A stretch of 64,000 nt of DNA from Basidiobolus meristosporus CBS 931.73 (GCA_002104905.1 MCFE01000017.1:1-64000), one strand, 5' to 3'. Counted from the stretch's first letter, positions 45,648 to 60,356 are shown. Made by a program: numbers and translations. The notes: generated from the sequence alone by a model not told the origin.

Positions 45648-46529
45648 ATGGACAACGTGAAGCAAATAACCGCCACCGCAGAGGATGTCATCAATCGGTT
45701 TTCGGCCCCCATTAAACCCTACATTCCTGTTCTTGCTCGTTTCTTACTGGTAGTGACTTTTCTTGAGGATTCCCTACGTATCATGTTCCAATGGTCTGAA
45801 CAGTTGAGATATCTCCACAAATTTCGCGGTTTTATGTGGGGCTTCAACCACCTATTCCTTGGGACCAATGTGGCGGTACAGTATAGCGACCGTATTCGTG
45901 TATGCTCGTACTCCTTGTACTCACCCGCTCAAATTGTTTAGGTCATGCTTGCTGGCTCAATCCTAGCCATATCCAAGAAGCATACGGAGTACGCGGTCTT
46001 GGGACTTTTTGGCGTAGTCATTTCACAGACGTTAGGTTACGGACTCCTATTTGACTTCAACTTCTTCCTGCGTAATATCTCAGTAATCGGTGGCTTGCTG
46101 ATGCTGCTGGCCGATGCGCTGAACAAACGCAAGACATTCTTCCCAGGACTCCCCTCAGTTGCGGAGATCGATCGCTCCACATATTTCCAACTGGCAGGCC
46201 GTGTCCTGTTGATTTTCTTGTTCCTGTCATTCGTGTTCGCCGGTGAGATGACATTCTTGCGCCTAGCAGTCTCCCTGATCTCGTTCGTCGCATGTATCAT
46301 GGTGATCATTGGCTTCAAGGCTAAGTGGTCCGCTATGTTCATGGTGCTGTTTCTGAGTATCTCCAATGTCGTCTTCAATAATTGGTGGAGTATTCATCAC
46401 AACCATCCAACCAGGGACTTCGTCAAGTATGACTTCTTCCAGACGTTGAGTATCATGGGTGGTCTCATGTTGCTCGTCAGCATGGGACCAGGCGGACTCT
46501 CTGTGGACGAGAAGAAAAAGGAGTTCTAA
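45648..46529 (+). CDS. ERV29: ER-derived vesicle cargo receptor Erv29/SURF4, 2 exons
   Basis: LARFLLVVTFLEDSLRI..QW, FFLRNISVIGGLLM, GFKAK, DFVKYDFFQTLSIMGGL, GPGGLSVDEKKKEF (dilysine motif). Confidence 0.95.
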
Positions 46530-46874
46530 ACACCCTCATATCCCAAGATATACGTTGTTTAGTTGATGTTTGTATGCCAAAATTTACACCCCATCTGAAT
46601 TGTATTCGTGACATAGTACATGTAAGTCTTTTCTTTATTCGAGTAGAGAAACACAAGAATGTTATAATAAAATCGCCATTGCCCGAGAACAATAATGCAT
46701 ATGCAACCAATCCCCGATTATTCTATCTATCCATATTTGAACAAATACAGTAGTTTATTAGGTTAGGGCTTTTATCAAACCATTGCAACTGATTGTGAAA
46801 ATACATCCTTATGAATGAATAAATTACAGAAATTGATGCTCACGCACCTTGGATCAACTCGGGATATAAATGAT

Positions 46875-48245
46875 TTAAAGAGGTAGCTCAAACTTGATCT
46901 TGAGATCAGCTTGACGGGCCATCTGGACAATGTTGGAAAGATCAACTGCCTTCTTGGCAGCATCGTCCAAATCATCAATGGAGAAAATTCTAAGTCCGGA
47001 TTCCTGGATCAACTTGTTGGCCTCCTCGACACGGGTACCTTGGAGACGGACAACCAGGGGGATGTTCAAGCTGAGTTGGTTGACAGCGGCAATAATACCT
47101 TGGGCAATGACATCACATCTCATGATACCGCCGAAGATGTTTACCAAGATGGCGGAGACACGGGGATCGGTACTGATCAACTTGAAAGCCTCTGTGACTT
47201 GTTCAGCGGTAGCACCTCCACCAACATCCAAGAAGTTAGCTGGGTCACCACCGTGAAGCTTGATGATATCCATGGTTGACATAGCAAGACCGGCACCGTT
47301 GACGAGGCAGCCAATGGATCCGTCCAAACCGATGTAGTTAAGGTTGTGCTTGGCGGCCATGACTTCACGCTCATCCTCTTGTGTGGTATCGCGGAGCTCG
47401 AAGATCTCCTTGTGTCTGAACTCAGCGTTCTCGTCGAAGTTGAACTTGGCGTCCATGCAGAGAACTTCATTGGTGCTGGATTCAGCCATAGGATTGATTT
47501 CAATCATGGTGGCATCCTTCTCGGCGAAGATTTGGTACAACTTCATCATGGTATCGGCGGCTTGATCAACGCACTTGGAGGAGAAGCCCATCTTGACGGC
47601 CATCTCTTGGGCTTGCTCAAGCTTGAGGCCTTGATCGATATCGACAGGAAGAGTTAAGATAGCATCGGGGTTTTCGCTGGCAACGGTCTCGATATCGACA
47701 CCACCTTGAGAAGAGGCAACAAGAACAGGTCCACCGGTTTGACGGTCCATGAGGATGGCGAAGTAGTACTCGCGACGAATGAACTCACGCTCGACGACAT
47801 AGACAGCGTTACAGTCTCTTCCCTTGGCACCGGTTTGCTTGGTCACTAGCTTGTGGCCAAGCATTTGCTCAGCAAACATCTTAGCCTCGGTAGGGGAGTA
47901 GATAGGACGAACACCACCCTTCAAGCCAGAGTCGAACACACCTTTACCACGACCACCGGCCAAAACTTGAGCCTTAATGACCATATCCTCGGTACCCAAG
48001 CGTTGAGCAACGTCGAAGGCCTCTTGGGAGGTTTTGGCGACATCGCCCTTGGGAACCTTGACGCCATACTTCTTCAGCAATCCCATGGAGAGGTATTCAT
48101 GGATAGAAAGGAATCTGCGTTGGTTGCTCTGAACCGGTCTCAGCTAAGAAAATTGATTAGCACATAGTGGACACAGTGTGGTATACCCGGGAAGACTTAC
48201 AGTTTTGGCACCGAGGGAAGCTCTAGTGAGGAGATTTCTAAACAT
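46875..48245 (-). CDS. LSC2: Succinate-CoA ligase beta subunit, mitochondrial, 2 exons
   Basis: Presequence MFRNLL.., [59 protein letters not shown]. Confidence 0.97.
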
Positions 48246-49998
48246 TTTTACTGTCTATGTGTGGAGAGAGTGACGGAAATTATACAAGAGTATGAAAAAA
48301 GGGTAAGAAAAGCAATAAGAGAAATAGTCAATCCGAGGACCAGAGGTATCGCACCACGATCCCAGTTTTATACACATCATCAACGTAAATCCTCATACCC
48401 ACACCCCATTGGATGGATCCACCTACAAATATGTATGCCATGGAATAATTATCAAACGGTATCATTGCAAATTAAGGGAGGGGTAGAACTATCACCTCAC
48501 TTGCTCGACAACTAGTACGTAGAGGATCTGGTAACCATAAATGTTGCATCCAAGCCCGTTATTGGTGGGGAGTGCTAGCTGCTTCGCAAAGCGCTGAAGG
48601 TCAGTGAGAACCATGTTTGACAGTGAAGTTACACTTATCGGAAATGGGAATGGCCCTCTTATGCCATATATGGACACCCAGTGAGGCCCAACTGCTTGCA
48701 ATTTCGCTGCTGGCAGTGCCCCATGAACCGGAGTGGCTCAGAGCAGTCCAATGAACGATCTCTGCATGCCAATCAACGCAACTGACAGAAATGACTGACT
48801 AATTTCCAACCTATACATCTGCCCTGACATAAAGAGTTTGGAATTCCAAATTGGTGAGCTATCTCTTGGGACCAAAGGATTTGGCCTGAAAGCCACACCA
48901 GGCTCTGATTGGCCTCAGTCCATCTCAAAAAAAGACGAATTCGTCCTAGGTACGGCGATATTGCCCTCAAAACCGACCGCAACTCAGCCACATTCCCGCG
49001 AAATCCGAACATCACCACCCGCATGCCCCAACGCGGGGAACACCACCCTCTCGATATCACCGCACTACACGACATATGTGCTTAGCAATGATAAATAGGC
49101 AACCGAATGACACATGGGCTGCTACCCACCTGAAAGCAAGTGGCGGGGAGTGCCCAGCTTGAAGCATAAATGGGATTGGCCCGCCTCGCAAAATTTCATT
49201 CGACCCCTGATCTTGAGTAAACAACACAGCGTGCCTCTTCCTATTTGGTTGACACTGGGGCTCACCATGGGGAATCCATCCCATCGAAACAAATTTGTAA
49301 TCATTCTTAATTAATATTGATCTGAACGCTAACTCCAGTTGTGGTGGTACAATTTGGGGATGTTGAGCGGTCAGATTTGGCAGTTTAGTGGTTCATGAAA
49401 GTGGCTTCAACAGATAGGACGTGGTGAGCCTTCGTGCGTGGTGGGCATAGCTCGGGAAAGCGTGATTCCTGTCCGTGTTGTGGGCTGTCTCCAAGTGTGG
49501 GATTCCGAGAAGCTCATTCATCCGGGTGGGCAGGAAATCGCCTTGCAAGTGGAGACTGCTGTACATGAAACAAACGTGTAATTCAGCAAGTTGTGTTAAT
49601 CAGTTAATCAATATAGCCTCCCATGGTGCAGCCATGTCGGGTATTAATTTGTATTCCATGGGTAGTTTATTTTTGACATGCTCCAAAATGTCATTTATCT
49701 CACCCGCCACACCCATCGCTCATTGAATGGTAACCTATGCTGTGGAACGGTTGCTCAAAATTATGTAATAACATTGTGAAAAACCGAAAAGGTGTGATGG
49801 TGGGAAATGTGGTGAATGTTGAACCAAGTCTGCTTGTCACTAATTGTTTGGTCGGATATGTGTAGGTTGGGCTGCCATTGATGGTGGGATGGTGGTAAAA
49901 AAATCCCGTCCGCGCCACAACATATTTTTTTATCAAATTCTATTGTATTAAGGAGTATTGGTTCGCGGTTCTTGGGAATTTCCTTGGAAAATAGGTGT

Positions 49999-52900
49999 TT
50001 AATCAATTCTAGGCGCAAAATAGTTGTTCACTTGAGCCCAGATCTGATCGTGGAGTCGACCAAGAGTAGTGTTGGGAAGCTCGGTTCTTACGCCTGGATA
50101 TGGTGTCATATACCGGTAAGCTGTCTATCTACAATGGGCAGTCCCTGAAACAATGCGCTATGCACTAACCATATATATGACAATTGCCAAACTCTTCTCC
50201 TTGGCTCTCTTCAAGCGCAACTGGGTGCAATAACACGTACGAATGCTAAAGATATGGTGCAGTCAGTTATGTGCAAAGCTCAACGTTGGTGAGAGGATGC
50301 CGACTACCTCGTAATACCACTGCGCCATACTCTGCTTGACGCTAGGTGCATCCAATCCAGGGACCATTACGAAATAAAATAAACGTGACACCTCGAGAAA
50401 TTCTTCCGCTGAATGTAATAGATTCGATCATGTCAGCGGATCATTTCAACAGAGTATACTGCCATACTATACCTTTCTTCGATATCAGATTGCATACTCC
50501 GTCGACAGCGGCCCCAGTTGCAATGAATAGGATCCGTTTGGCGGTGGATGTCCTATATGTCGGTTAGTACCATGTTGGTGCATATCAGGCAGGTGAACGC
50601 GACCCACTCTACACACTGATCCCAGACATACTGCACCAGGCTATTGACCATGTTTTTGTCTATGCTCTCATTCGTGTCCTGGCGGGTTTTCATCAGATCA
50701 TGATTCGAACCAAATGGTTTGTGAAACGTGATATAACTTGCCATCAAAGGAATATTTACATCCACAAGTTCCATGGCGTTTTCCCTCGTGGTTTCGGCAT
50801 ATCGGTTAAATATATCAACCTATGATCGTATTAGTTCTGCTAGCCTAAGCATTAATCAGACAATTATTACCAGAGATGTCTCATCATATGATAATTGCTC
50901 CGTGGCATTTCTATAACAAGCATTACAATCAAGGGCAGGATAGGTTATGTTGGTTGGGTTGTTCCATGGGTATAGATATAGTCCAAGTCAAGCTTACGCA
51001 TCGTGTATGAAAATCGTCAATGCGTCAGCGCGATAGATATTCGGACTATCGTAATCAGGGATGAATATTTCGGTTTTAGGCGTGGGCATTGTTGGATTGC
51101 TCTACCTGTAATACACTTCACATTTCTTGGAATCTGAAAGATTGGGATTGTCCATCGGAAGCTCAACCAATTTGAGGTGGCTAGTCAAGAACTCTTGACG
51201 GGGTGACGTAGTGACTGCTGAAAATAGTGTGCGATCAGTGACAATTGCTTGAACAGAGGTAAACTACCATGGGTAATTTTCCGGAGTCAGCCGTCTTGGC
51301 CTCCGACTGTCTTACGACTAGGACCAATCTTTACCTTGTGTTTGTGTTCTTGGGGCGTTGAGATAAGATCCTTGAAGGGATTCCCAGTATTTTGACTGTA
51401 TGTGAACTACTCTATGGGCTGTCTCTATACATCTAGGGCTAGGCACCATGGGCGGGGATAGTGGCGGATCTTCCCCGAGCAATATCTTGAAACAAGCCAA
51501 AGCAGACACCCCGATTGCGTCTAAACTATATCCTCCTTCCATCGCCAGCACAATCTTGCCCCCGGAAAGGGATTTCATCAAAGAGGTCATATGCGCAAAT
51601 GCGGTAGGGGTGACAAAGCATTCCCCAATATCGTCACCTAGTCATCAAGTTGTATTGAATACTACGAGCTAAACAAAATCTGAGACGCTCTTGATTTACC
51701 AGCTGCTGCATCAAAACCAGCGGCAACTAAAAAGATTCGTACAGATGGTCAGCGTTAATTCACAACCCATATTGGTTGACGAAGATGGATTCGTTTGATA
51801 CCTATGACGATCTCTGGAGCGAATTCTCTTGCGATAGGCATGACAATGTGGTTCATAACGTAAAGGTAATCCGCATCACCCATGCCAGCACAAGGCCATG
51901 GAATATTCACCGTCCTGGTCAAGCCAATAGAGCAAGATCAGTCTTGAGGAAACCCCGATGAAAATCGCAAGTTTGGTAGTTACCTTCCAGCCCCAAGTCC
52001 ATCTCCAACCACATAATGGGCGGCGGCAGTAGAGTACGGGTAAAAATTAGCATCCTCATACCGGTGAATAGATATGTACAAAACGTCGGGATCGTCGATA
52101 AAAGCTTTCTGAATTCCATTCCCTAAATACAGCAGTTAAGCTCATCTGGCTAACAGGTCACACACAGGCATAGGCTATCCTACCATGATGAATGTCCCTG
52201 ATAAATCAATGATGTTAGCAGTTTGTGAGTGCTGAGCAAAATCGACTTGTGAAAACGTACCAATCAAGAACCAAGACCTTTTTCACACCATGCTTTTTCT
52301 GAAGCACTCGAACTGCGACCGCTACATTATTATACAAACAGAATCCCATGGGCTAAACAAGTTAACGGGGTCAACTAATTGGCTACAAGCAAAGTCAGAA
52401 TGGTGTTTACCTCGTCTGGCTCGGCATGATGTCCACTGATGTCAATATGTATGTACATATTCAAGTAACGCGAGTATCAATATTATGAGGGACTTTTAGC
52501 GAGGTGAAGGCACTTCAACTTACGGAGGTCTAACCACGGCCATCCCGTTTCTTACTTTTCCCGTGTAAACTGCGTCGACCATCTCGATGACTCCGCCGCA
52601 TGATAATCTAGCACAATAACCACTCTCATTACTCAAATAGATTGAATTGTACTGACTGGCGGTTGTCTTCAAGTCCTTGTAGTTCAAATCTACGCCATTG
52701 GAAATTCAACAAATTCATTATTGGGGTTTTTTTGAATATGCTGAAATATGTTTTGCCGTGTACCTGATATCGAGGCCACCTCTTCGTGGTGTTCTTTTGA
52801 ATGGACTAGCTGGATTTCCTCGTCGGTCGCTTCTCGTGCAGGGATCCGCAGGCATTTTTCTAAACAACCTGGACCCCTCTAAAGCCTCATAGACTCTCCA

Positions 52901-53113
52901 TATTCGACGGGGATCCTCAGGATGATCAAGTTCATTGTGTATTGAACGATGGAACTTCATGCGCACATCGTACACTAAACCAGTGGTATGCTCGTCCGAA
53001 ACACCAACGCGTGAATGGTCATTTTGGGCTGGCTTGGTAGTTGTGTTGGTGGTCTCTACGCTGTCAGATTCGGAATCTGATATTACTAGTCTTTTATGGG
53101 CCCTTCTGTGCAT
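49999..53113 (-). CDS. HDA1: Class II histone deacetylase Hda1/Clr3 with a C-terminal Arb2 domain, many introns, apparent +1 frameshift in exon 1
   Basis: [79 protein letters not shown], Arb2-like DVNIP..YVWD. The frameshift lies in the A5 run at 52855-52859. Confidence 0.9.
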
Positions 53114-53575
53114 ATCTACCCTCAAGTTTGTCAAAGACGAAATTCGAGATGAATAACATTTACCGTGGTCAGGCTAATCCATCGAATTATTGGCCCATAG
53201 GCCAAGTCTTAGCACAAATGCGCATTCCACATAAGTTTGGCTTAAAAACAATCACTGGTGCAATCGCATGGATGATATATTAAGCTTGGAGTGATTTGAA
53301 ATGGAGAGCCGCCCAGTTTATTAAGATTTTGAAAACATCAGTTTATTCAAAACATCTTGAGCCACCAGGATTTCAATCAAACTTGCTTAAAAATATGTAA
53401 AATCAAGTCTTGGATCACAAATATCGTAGGAATGTGTGTTGGGGAGATGATCATATATCTATAGTACGGTAAATGGGTAAAGTACATAGCAAGAGATAGT
53501 ATATATATCTGATTATTTACTGAACAAAACGATTCAATGTTGGAGTATTAGTTTGAAGAGATTTTCTTTCTCTAT

Positions 53576-56455
53576 TTACCAGCAGAAAGAGTCCATATTA
53601 TTGAAAAAAGCTTGGTTATCCACATCGATCCGGTAGTTAGGCTTCCCTTCCTCGGATTCTTCAGATTCGGAGTCCGACTCTTCGTCAAAATATCCTTTTC
53701 TCATTGTGTCCATACTTTTGGATGGTTTCAAAACTGAAATATCGGCGTTATCAAACGCTCTCATCTTCTCATTCACAAATGAACTTGGCATCGATAGGGA
53801 GCCGGTGGATTTGGCATTCGCTCGAGTGATCTGTTGTCCAATACCTGAAGAAGCGGAAGGGATTTCCTTTGTTTCTACCGAATTGCTATCCGGCAATGTT
53901 TCAGCCTCGTCAGTTTCTTGCTCGGATGGCTGCGGCTCTGAAGGAGCAATGCTGGCGGCCAGGATTGTCTCTGAAAGGATACCGTTTTCCTGTTTGAGTT
54001 GATGGAATTTTGATAACGTGTACTATTGGGAAATTAGTATTGGTGAGCATTCATCAATTAACCAAACGACATACATTGGAGCCATGATTGACCACACTGC
54101 TGGTGGCATCAGCAACGTTAGGAGAATTGAACATTTTGAGCGGTGCTCTGTCATCTATCAGCTTGACAAATTCTCCCACATCATCCTCATCGTACTGATT
54201 CGTCATTATAGACTGCAGAAGAGTATTCAGTACAAGTGGGGATCATATCCAACAGAGTATACTTACAGCGCGGCTTTGGGGTCGAGATGAGCGCCCAGCA
54301 TTGTCATATAAGCCATCATTGCTTAAAAGGGAGGCCGTTCGACGACGACGAGGCAAGCTTGGGGATGGCCGCGGGTCTTGTGAAAAATCTCCACTGTATC
54401 TGTTTCCAAAGGACGAAGCTAATTTTGTAGTGCCAGTGGAAGCTCGACTTACTAGCGGTGGTGGTGTTCCCGCGGTGCGAGAGAATGATGAATGTGCATA
54501 TTGCTGATGGAGAGAAGGGTTGGACGTTTTTTTACGAAGACTACCTAAACTAGGTGATGCAGGTGTCTCATGTAACGAGGCGGGGGAAGAAGAAAGGGAA
54601 GGGGATTTGAAAGGGGATATTAGAGAAAGCGATGGACGAGAAGATGGGGATCTACTATATATCGAAGAAGACTGATTCTAAACACATGCAAATGACTGTC
54701 AGTATGACCAGCAGTTATCACTTTGCAGCCAAGGCACTAACCCATACAGGCCTGCGAACCGAGTTTGATGGGACCTGGCTTGCCCCGGATACGCTAGCTC
54801 GGCCGTCAAATTCACTGTTGCTCCCATTGTCATAGATATCGATGGGGGTTTTTCCACCAGTGCTCGAAAGAGAGCGCGTACGAATATGGTTTCTGGAGCC
54901 AACAGATGATAGCGTAGGTGAGGGTCGCAGCACTGGTGGCTGCGAAAATCGGCGGACATTATATTCCTTTGGTGATAGTGAGGTGCTAGCCCGTGGCGTG
55001 GTCGATAGATTGTACTTGGATGCATAGTCGTCGGTCGATTCAATTCCAGTACTTTGCATACGTTGTGAGCCATGAGACGATCGAAGTGAGCTTGTACGTG
55101 AGATCTAGAATCAAGCGCTAAGTGTCCATGCTTCAATTCACCAATAAAGCAATTAAATTTACTCGATAGCTTCGGTTCTCCATATAGTCATGGTGTCTAC
55201 TCCCATAGGAGTGATCTTGGAATTGCGAATCGATCTCGCTTGGTGATGTTGTGAGGAAGTGCTCTTTGTCTGTCGTGGTGAACTTGGAACTGAGAACAGC
55301 CTCTGGATCTTCAACACAAAAATTGCAATTCGAACGGTATCTTACATTCAGAACGAAAGAACTAAGGGAAACGAATGCACTTTAGGATACCCAGCCCCCA
55401 AGATATACGTGAAGGAATGATAAATTACCCTAAAGGTGTATCGATTGGGTCAAAGGCATGACTCGAAGAGCTGCCGTGAGTGTCTGTCTCCGATATTGGT
55501 GTATCTTGTATTCAAAATGTTTAGTCAAGGAAGTCTTGCAGACCAAAATGTCGTTAGTAACAAAAGTACCTATGCCAATCTCGTTATCAGGTGTCATTGG
55601 AGTTGTGGTTAACCGGTATCCCAGCTTGAGACCATTCAACTTCATCTTGCGAAGTCTACGAAATAGTCTGTACGCTGGTAATTGGCGTACATACGTATAT
55701 AAAGATCTAAAAAATACTATGGATTTTTTATATACGACAGGGAGGTCCACAACGCCTGAGCCGACAGGCTCCCTACAGAAATGGTTATGAGAACCTGGTA
55801 TCCACAAATACATGAGAAGAGCCAAGCTTACATTAGAAACAATTGCCATGACTCCAGGAGAATAGTATGCTTCTTGCTAATTTTGTCGATATACTTGAGG
55901 TGAGAACTGAGACTGCCGTTCCCGATATCAACTCTAACTTTCTGCATCAATTCGTCATTTAAAACCAGAATCTGCCTATGGTTCAACTCCGAGGCATCTA
56001 GATATATTTCTATTATCATAGGTGAGGGCGAAACGGCTGACAAACAGTTAGTTCGCCAATACTTCAGCTCTGTTTTATAGGTTTTATAGTCTTCGAGTTC
56101 CAGATTGAACTGCAGTAAACAATGATCAATTAATACGCACGCCCGGTCGAAGTACTCAATTCCAAATGCTGTTACCCATTTGTTTACTTTTTTGGTGCTA
56201 GAGCTGGTTGTTGGTGAGGAGTGTAATATTCTAGATTGAAGGAGGATCTGCGTAACTTTTGTATAGAAATTCTGCAGAAGGGCATGCAGAAGTAAGTCAA
56301 CCTGAAATTTCTAGAGGTGAAAGGTTCATCCAAACCTGGGCTATTTGTTCACATCTTTGGTTACGTCCAGATAATGAAGCAGAGGTACTAGCAACAGACG
56401 GTGCGTAGGCAGAAGAAGGTGGCGGGGAGTCTGTTACGAGTGGTGTACGATTCAT
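53576..56455 (-). CDS. ATG13: Autophagy protein Atg13 (N-terminal HORMA domain and disordered tail), multi-exon
   Basis: EQIAQNFYTKVTQILLQSRI, PMIIEIYLD, ILLESWQL, VVYKKSIVFFRSLYTYVRQLPAYRLF, Ser-rich tail. Confidence 0.88.
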
Positions 56456-56651
56456 TGTCTTTCTTGTTATAGACGAAAAAGGTTAACTTTCATCTTACTT
56501 GGGTATACGTACAAAGGCCCAACAAAGACCAAAAGATGAAAATCAAGTGCAAACAACAGATGTGAAAGCAGTGATAGGGATGATAAATTTGGAAGCTAGC
56601 AGTACAGGGAGCATCATATAAGTATTGATTATCCCCTTTGCTAATAATTGC

Positions 56652-56703
56652 GGTCAACTGACACCAATCACCTTTGTGAGGGCCGGGGTCAACTGACACC
56701 AAT
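56652..56703. promoter_or_regulatory. Exact 17-bp direct repeat GGTCAACTGACACCAAT in the divergent ATG13/IKS1 intergenic region
   Basis: Copies at 56652-56668 and 56687-56703. Confidence 0.6.
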
Positions 56704-57290
56704 GAGAGTATTCACTTTCCCATTGTTAACGCTAAAATCACTGACGATGTTTAATCGGCTGGAGGATTCATGCTTCCTTGGTAATTAGCATGTAAAAATC
56801 GAGTTTTAAGATCCACGATCCGGTAATAGGTGTAATGGAGAGAAGCAGCTCCAACTACTTGATTCGCAGAACGGTGTGCAGGTTTAATTTCTTGCCCTCT
56901 AAGCGGCAACTGCAAAATCATACTGCCTCGCCTAATAAAGTGTCTTTGGCATTTGCAGTTAATGGGATCTTGAGCAAATCATCTCAGTATAAGTTCTACG
57001 TCATTACTCTCCACCATATATGGATTCCCGATCATTTTACCTATACGTACTTGTCAATCAAGCATTTATTCCTTTTAGACTTCGCCGCGATATTGATTAA
57101 ACTAGTCAGTTTTCCATCATGCATAGGCAGTCACGCCACAATACACTCGTCATTAATCCTACCAGTTTAGTACAGATTTCTTCGAGGTCGAGCATATTCG
57201 AGACTGCACCTCATATAGTCTCTTTCCCCAGATCTTGTGTTTATTTTTGTCCATAGCTAATTGGTATACTTACCCAAGCGCTTTTATATA

Positions 57291-60200
57291 ATGAGCGATC
57301 ACTCTTTTCGGAGACGACGCCAAACTTATCCTTCTGAGAGCAGTGGAAATTCTCCGCAACTAGAGTTGGTACATTACCCGAAGGATTGGAAGGTCATTTT
57401 GTAAGTATGCCGATAGGTGATTCCCATTTTATGCGTTAGCGTCTTCATTGCAGGGCCCATAGGCATCCAACCAACTCATGTTTTCCAAATCCCATATCTA
57501 AAAAAACTCTCGATACTTTAGACATAATGCGCCTGGAGGCCAACTTGTACTCTACAACAAACAAGACAAAAAATTAGCAGTGCAAAGAGGAGCCAGACAA
57601 CGAAGTTTGCCGGTGAGCATCGAAACATTGATTAACAGCTTTAACAATATTTATTGAATCTTTTCTCCCAGACACCGGATCCCGGCATGTGTATGCTTTG
57701 TCATAGGCCCTATGAAACTGAACGCGATCCAGTAGGTAAAAACCTTGAATCGATACAAGTTCCCTGTTACTAACGATGTCTATAAGGATTATACAAACTC
57801 TTTCATGGATGCTAATTACTTTCAACTGCTAGCCGCGGCATCAACGTAACACGTTATTATCATTCAATTGTTATTAATTTTGAATTAACAATTCGTTAGT
57901 CCACCTTCGGATGAAGAGTCCTCAGACATAGGCGAACCTGCTACTAGTGCACCAGTCTTTGTCGATTCACAATCGCACCTTTCGGCCAATTCCTTTAACC
58001 AAGGTTATTATCGCCGCTTTTTCATAGAAGAGAAAAAACTGGGCCGTGGTTTTCGTGGATCGGTCTTTCTTTGCCAGGTAATATGGATCCTTTTTCACTG
58101 GAGAACGTCTTACCCATATTTCGAACGATAGCATGTTCTGGATAATGTTTATCTAGGCCAATATGCAGTGAAAAAAGTAGCAATCGGTACAGTGCGCGTT
58201 GAGAAGAATGAGTAATAATCAATATTACTAACAATGATGGCGGACTCTAGGTGATAACCATGAATGGCTGACTCGAATGTTAAAAGAGGTTCACCTTCTT
58301 GAAACACTCCATCATATGAACATTATTGACTATAAGCATGCGTGGCTGGAGAACCATTGTTTAAATAATTTTGGTAAGTAACTTTAGCGAGTTTCTATTA
58401 TCTTGATCAAATATTCAGACATCCTGCATTACTCTAGGCCCTGATGTTCCATGTCTCTTCATTCTAATGGTAGATACTTACAATCTTCAACGACTAGCGG
58501 TTGCTTTATCAACTCACACCAACCCGATATAGGAATGTGCCAACGGCGGAAACCTGGAGGAGTATATTAACCAAATGGATGAAAGTATGGATACTCCACA
58601 GCACAAGCCACTTAATTTGAAGGAGCAGTTGATTGCTGAGCGAAATAGAAAGCGCAGCCTTCGCGATAGGGGAGTAGGAATCAGAGGAGGAAGCCCCGCT
58701 TTTGGAGCCAGAGCGGCATCAAATCCACAAAATGTCCGTCTGTTAACATTAGAGGAGATATGGTCATTCTTCAAGGACATATGTGAAGGTTTAGCACATC
58801 TTCATAGGAACGGGATTATACATCGAGATTTGAAGCCACCAAACCTACTATTGAACTATAGTAATGGTGAGGCTAAAAGCGGAATGTGAGTACTCTCCTA
58901 CATTGTTGATGAACCAGTGCAGACTTGGTAATATTTTCTTGACTTGTCATGTAGTCCAAAGATACTTCTGTCAGATTTTGGAGAGTGTGAAATACTTACT
59001 CAACTTGTTAACCGTGATCGAACCGGTGCAACGGGAACCATGGAGTTTATGGCTCCTGAGCTATTGCAAGGTTGGCATTTCATTTATGTGGACTAATATT
59101 TTTGGGAATACTCATATGATTCACAACAGTTGACAGTCAAGGTCATTATATAAAGGACTACTCTCCAAAAGCTGATATGTGGTCGTTAGGGATGCTCTTG
59201 TATTATCTTTGCTATTCTCGACTGCCGTATCACAATATAGAGGATGTAGATCTTCTAAAACAAGAGGTCTTAGGGCTACAGAAGTATGTGTATCCATGGT
59301 TGAGCAAATGTTTGCATTCACATTCACATTCACATTTACCAAATCTTGTAGAATTGAGTTCCCCAATAAGTATCCCGACTTTGTACGAGATGACATACCG
59401 CATCAACTACACGATCTGATCCGACAACTCTTGTCTCTCAACCCCCGGCGTAGACCCTCTATCGATGATATACTTGATCAGTGGACGATCCATGGCTCAT
59501 TTGTACCTCAGAACCAAACAGAGGTCAGTATAAGGAAACAGGCCTTGACTGTTTTGCCATTCATTAACGCTATGCTATAGATAAATGCCGCTCGTTCAGA
59601 TGCACGAAGACAAGAAACGGTTGGCTTTCAACAATATTGATACTTTCATAACATAGACACTATATTAATACGTTGCAAGAAGCCACAAATAACAAGGATC
59701 CCATCTGATGCCGACATTGCTCAAACTATGGCAAAGAAGCTGACGAAGCACCAAAGAAGGTAGGCACCCTTCGGTATACCGTGGTCCCTGGCATTGCCCG
59801 AAACGTATTAATGTTGGTATAAACACGTCCCTAACGCCAGACCGGATAAAGCGAGATTCGAGAAAATCACAAATGCTTCGGAGACTGAAGTAAGTGACGG
59901 CTGGTGCTTTTCAAGAGTTAACGTATCTCACAAATATCAGTCGGACAGTGACATTACGGCCAAACTCCGACTTCTTCCTGATAGAGAAGAGAAACTCTAT
60001 ACCATTTTAAATTTCCTGAAGGCTCCGATGAATGCCAAAATACTAGTAGCTATTTTGAAGGTGAGATTTTGTTACTGGCCTGCTCATACGGGTGGGTGAT
60101 TGACGACCACATATGCTTCCAGATAGCTAGCATAATGCTGTTCTGCCATCCATTCTCGCCGAATCCGATAATTTTCTACCCGATTCTTGTCTCTTCTTTG

Positions 60201-60356
60201 TCGGATTTTTATTTGTAAGTTGTGGTTTGAGTTTGGAACTGGTCATATATGATACTGACATATACTTTTAGCAAGAGTTCCACTCCAAATGGGAAACTTG
60301 TTGTATTACATATAATCCTACTCGTAGGGGGTAGCTACTTCAATGCTACTTGTTGA
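57291..60356 (+). CDS. IKS1: Fungal Ser/Thr protein kinase Iks1, many introns, hydrophobic C-terminus
   Basis: [104 protein letters not shown]. Confidence 0.9.

Noticed and set aside
59318-59337. (CACATT)n microsatellite in an IKS1 intron
   Set aside because: Short simple repeat with no evidence of function.
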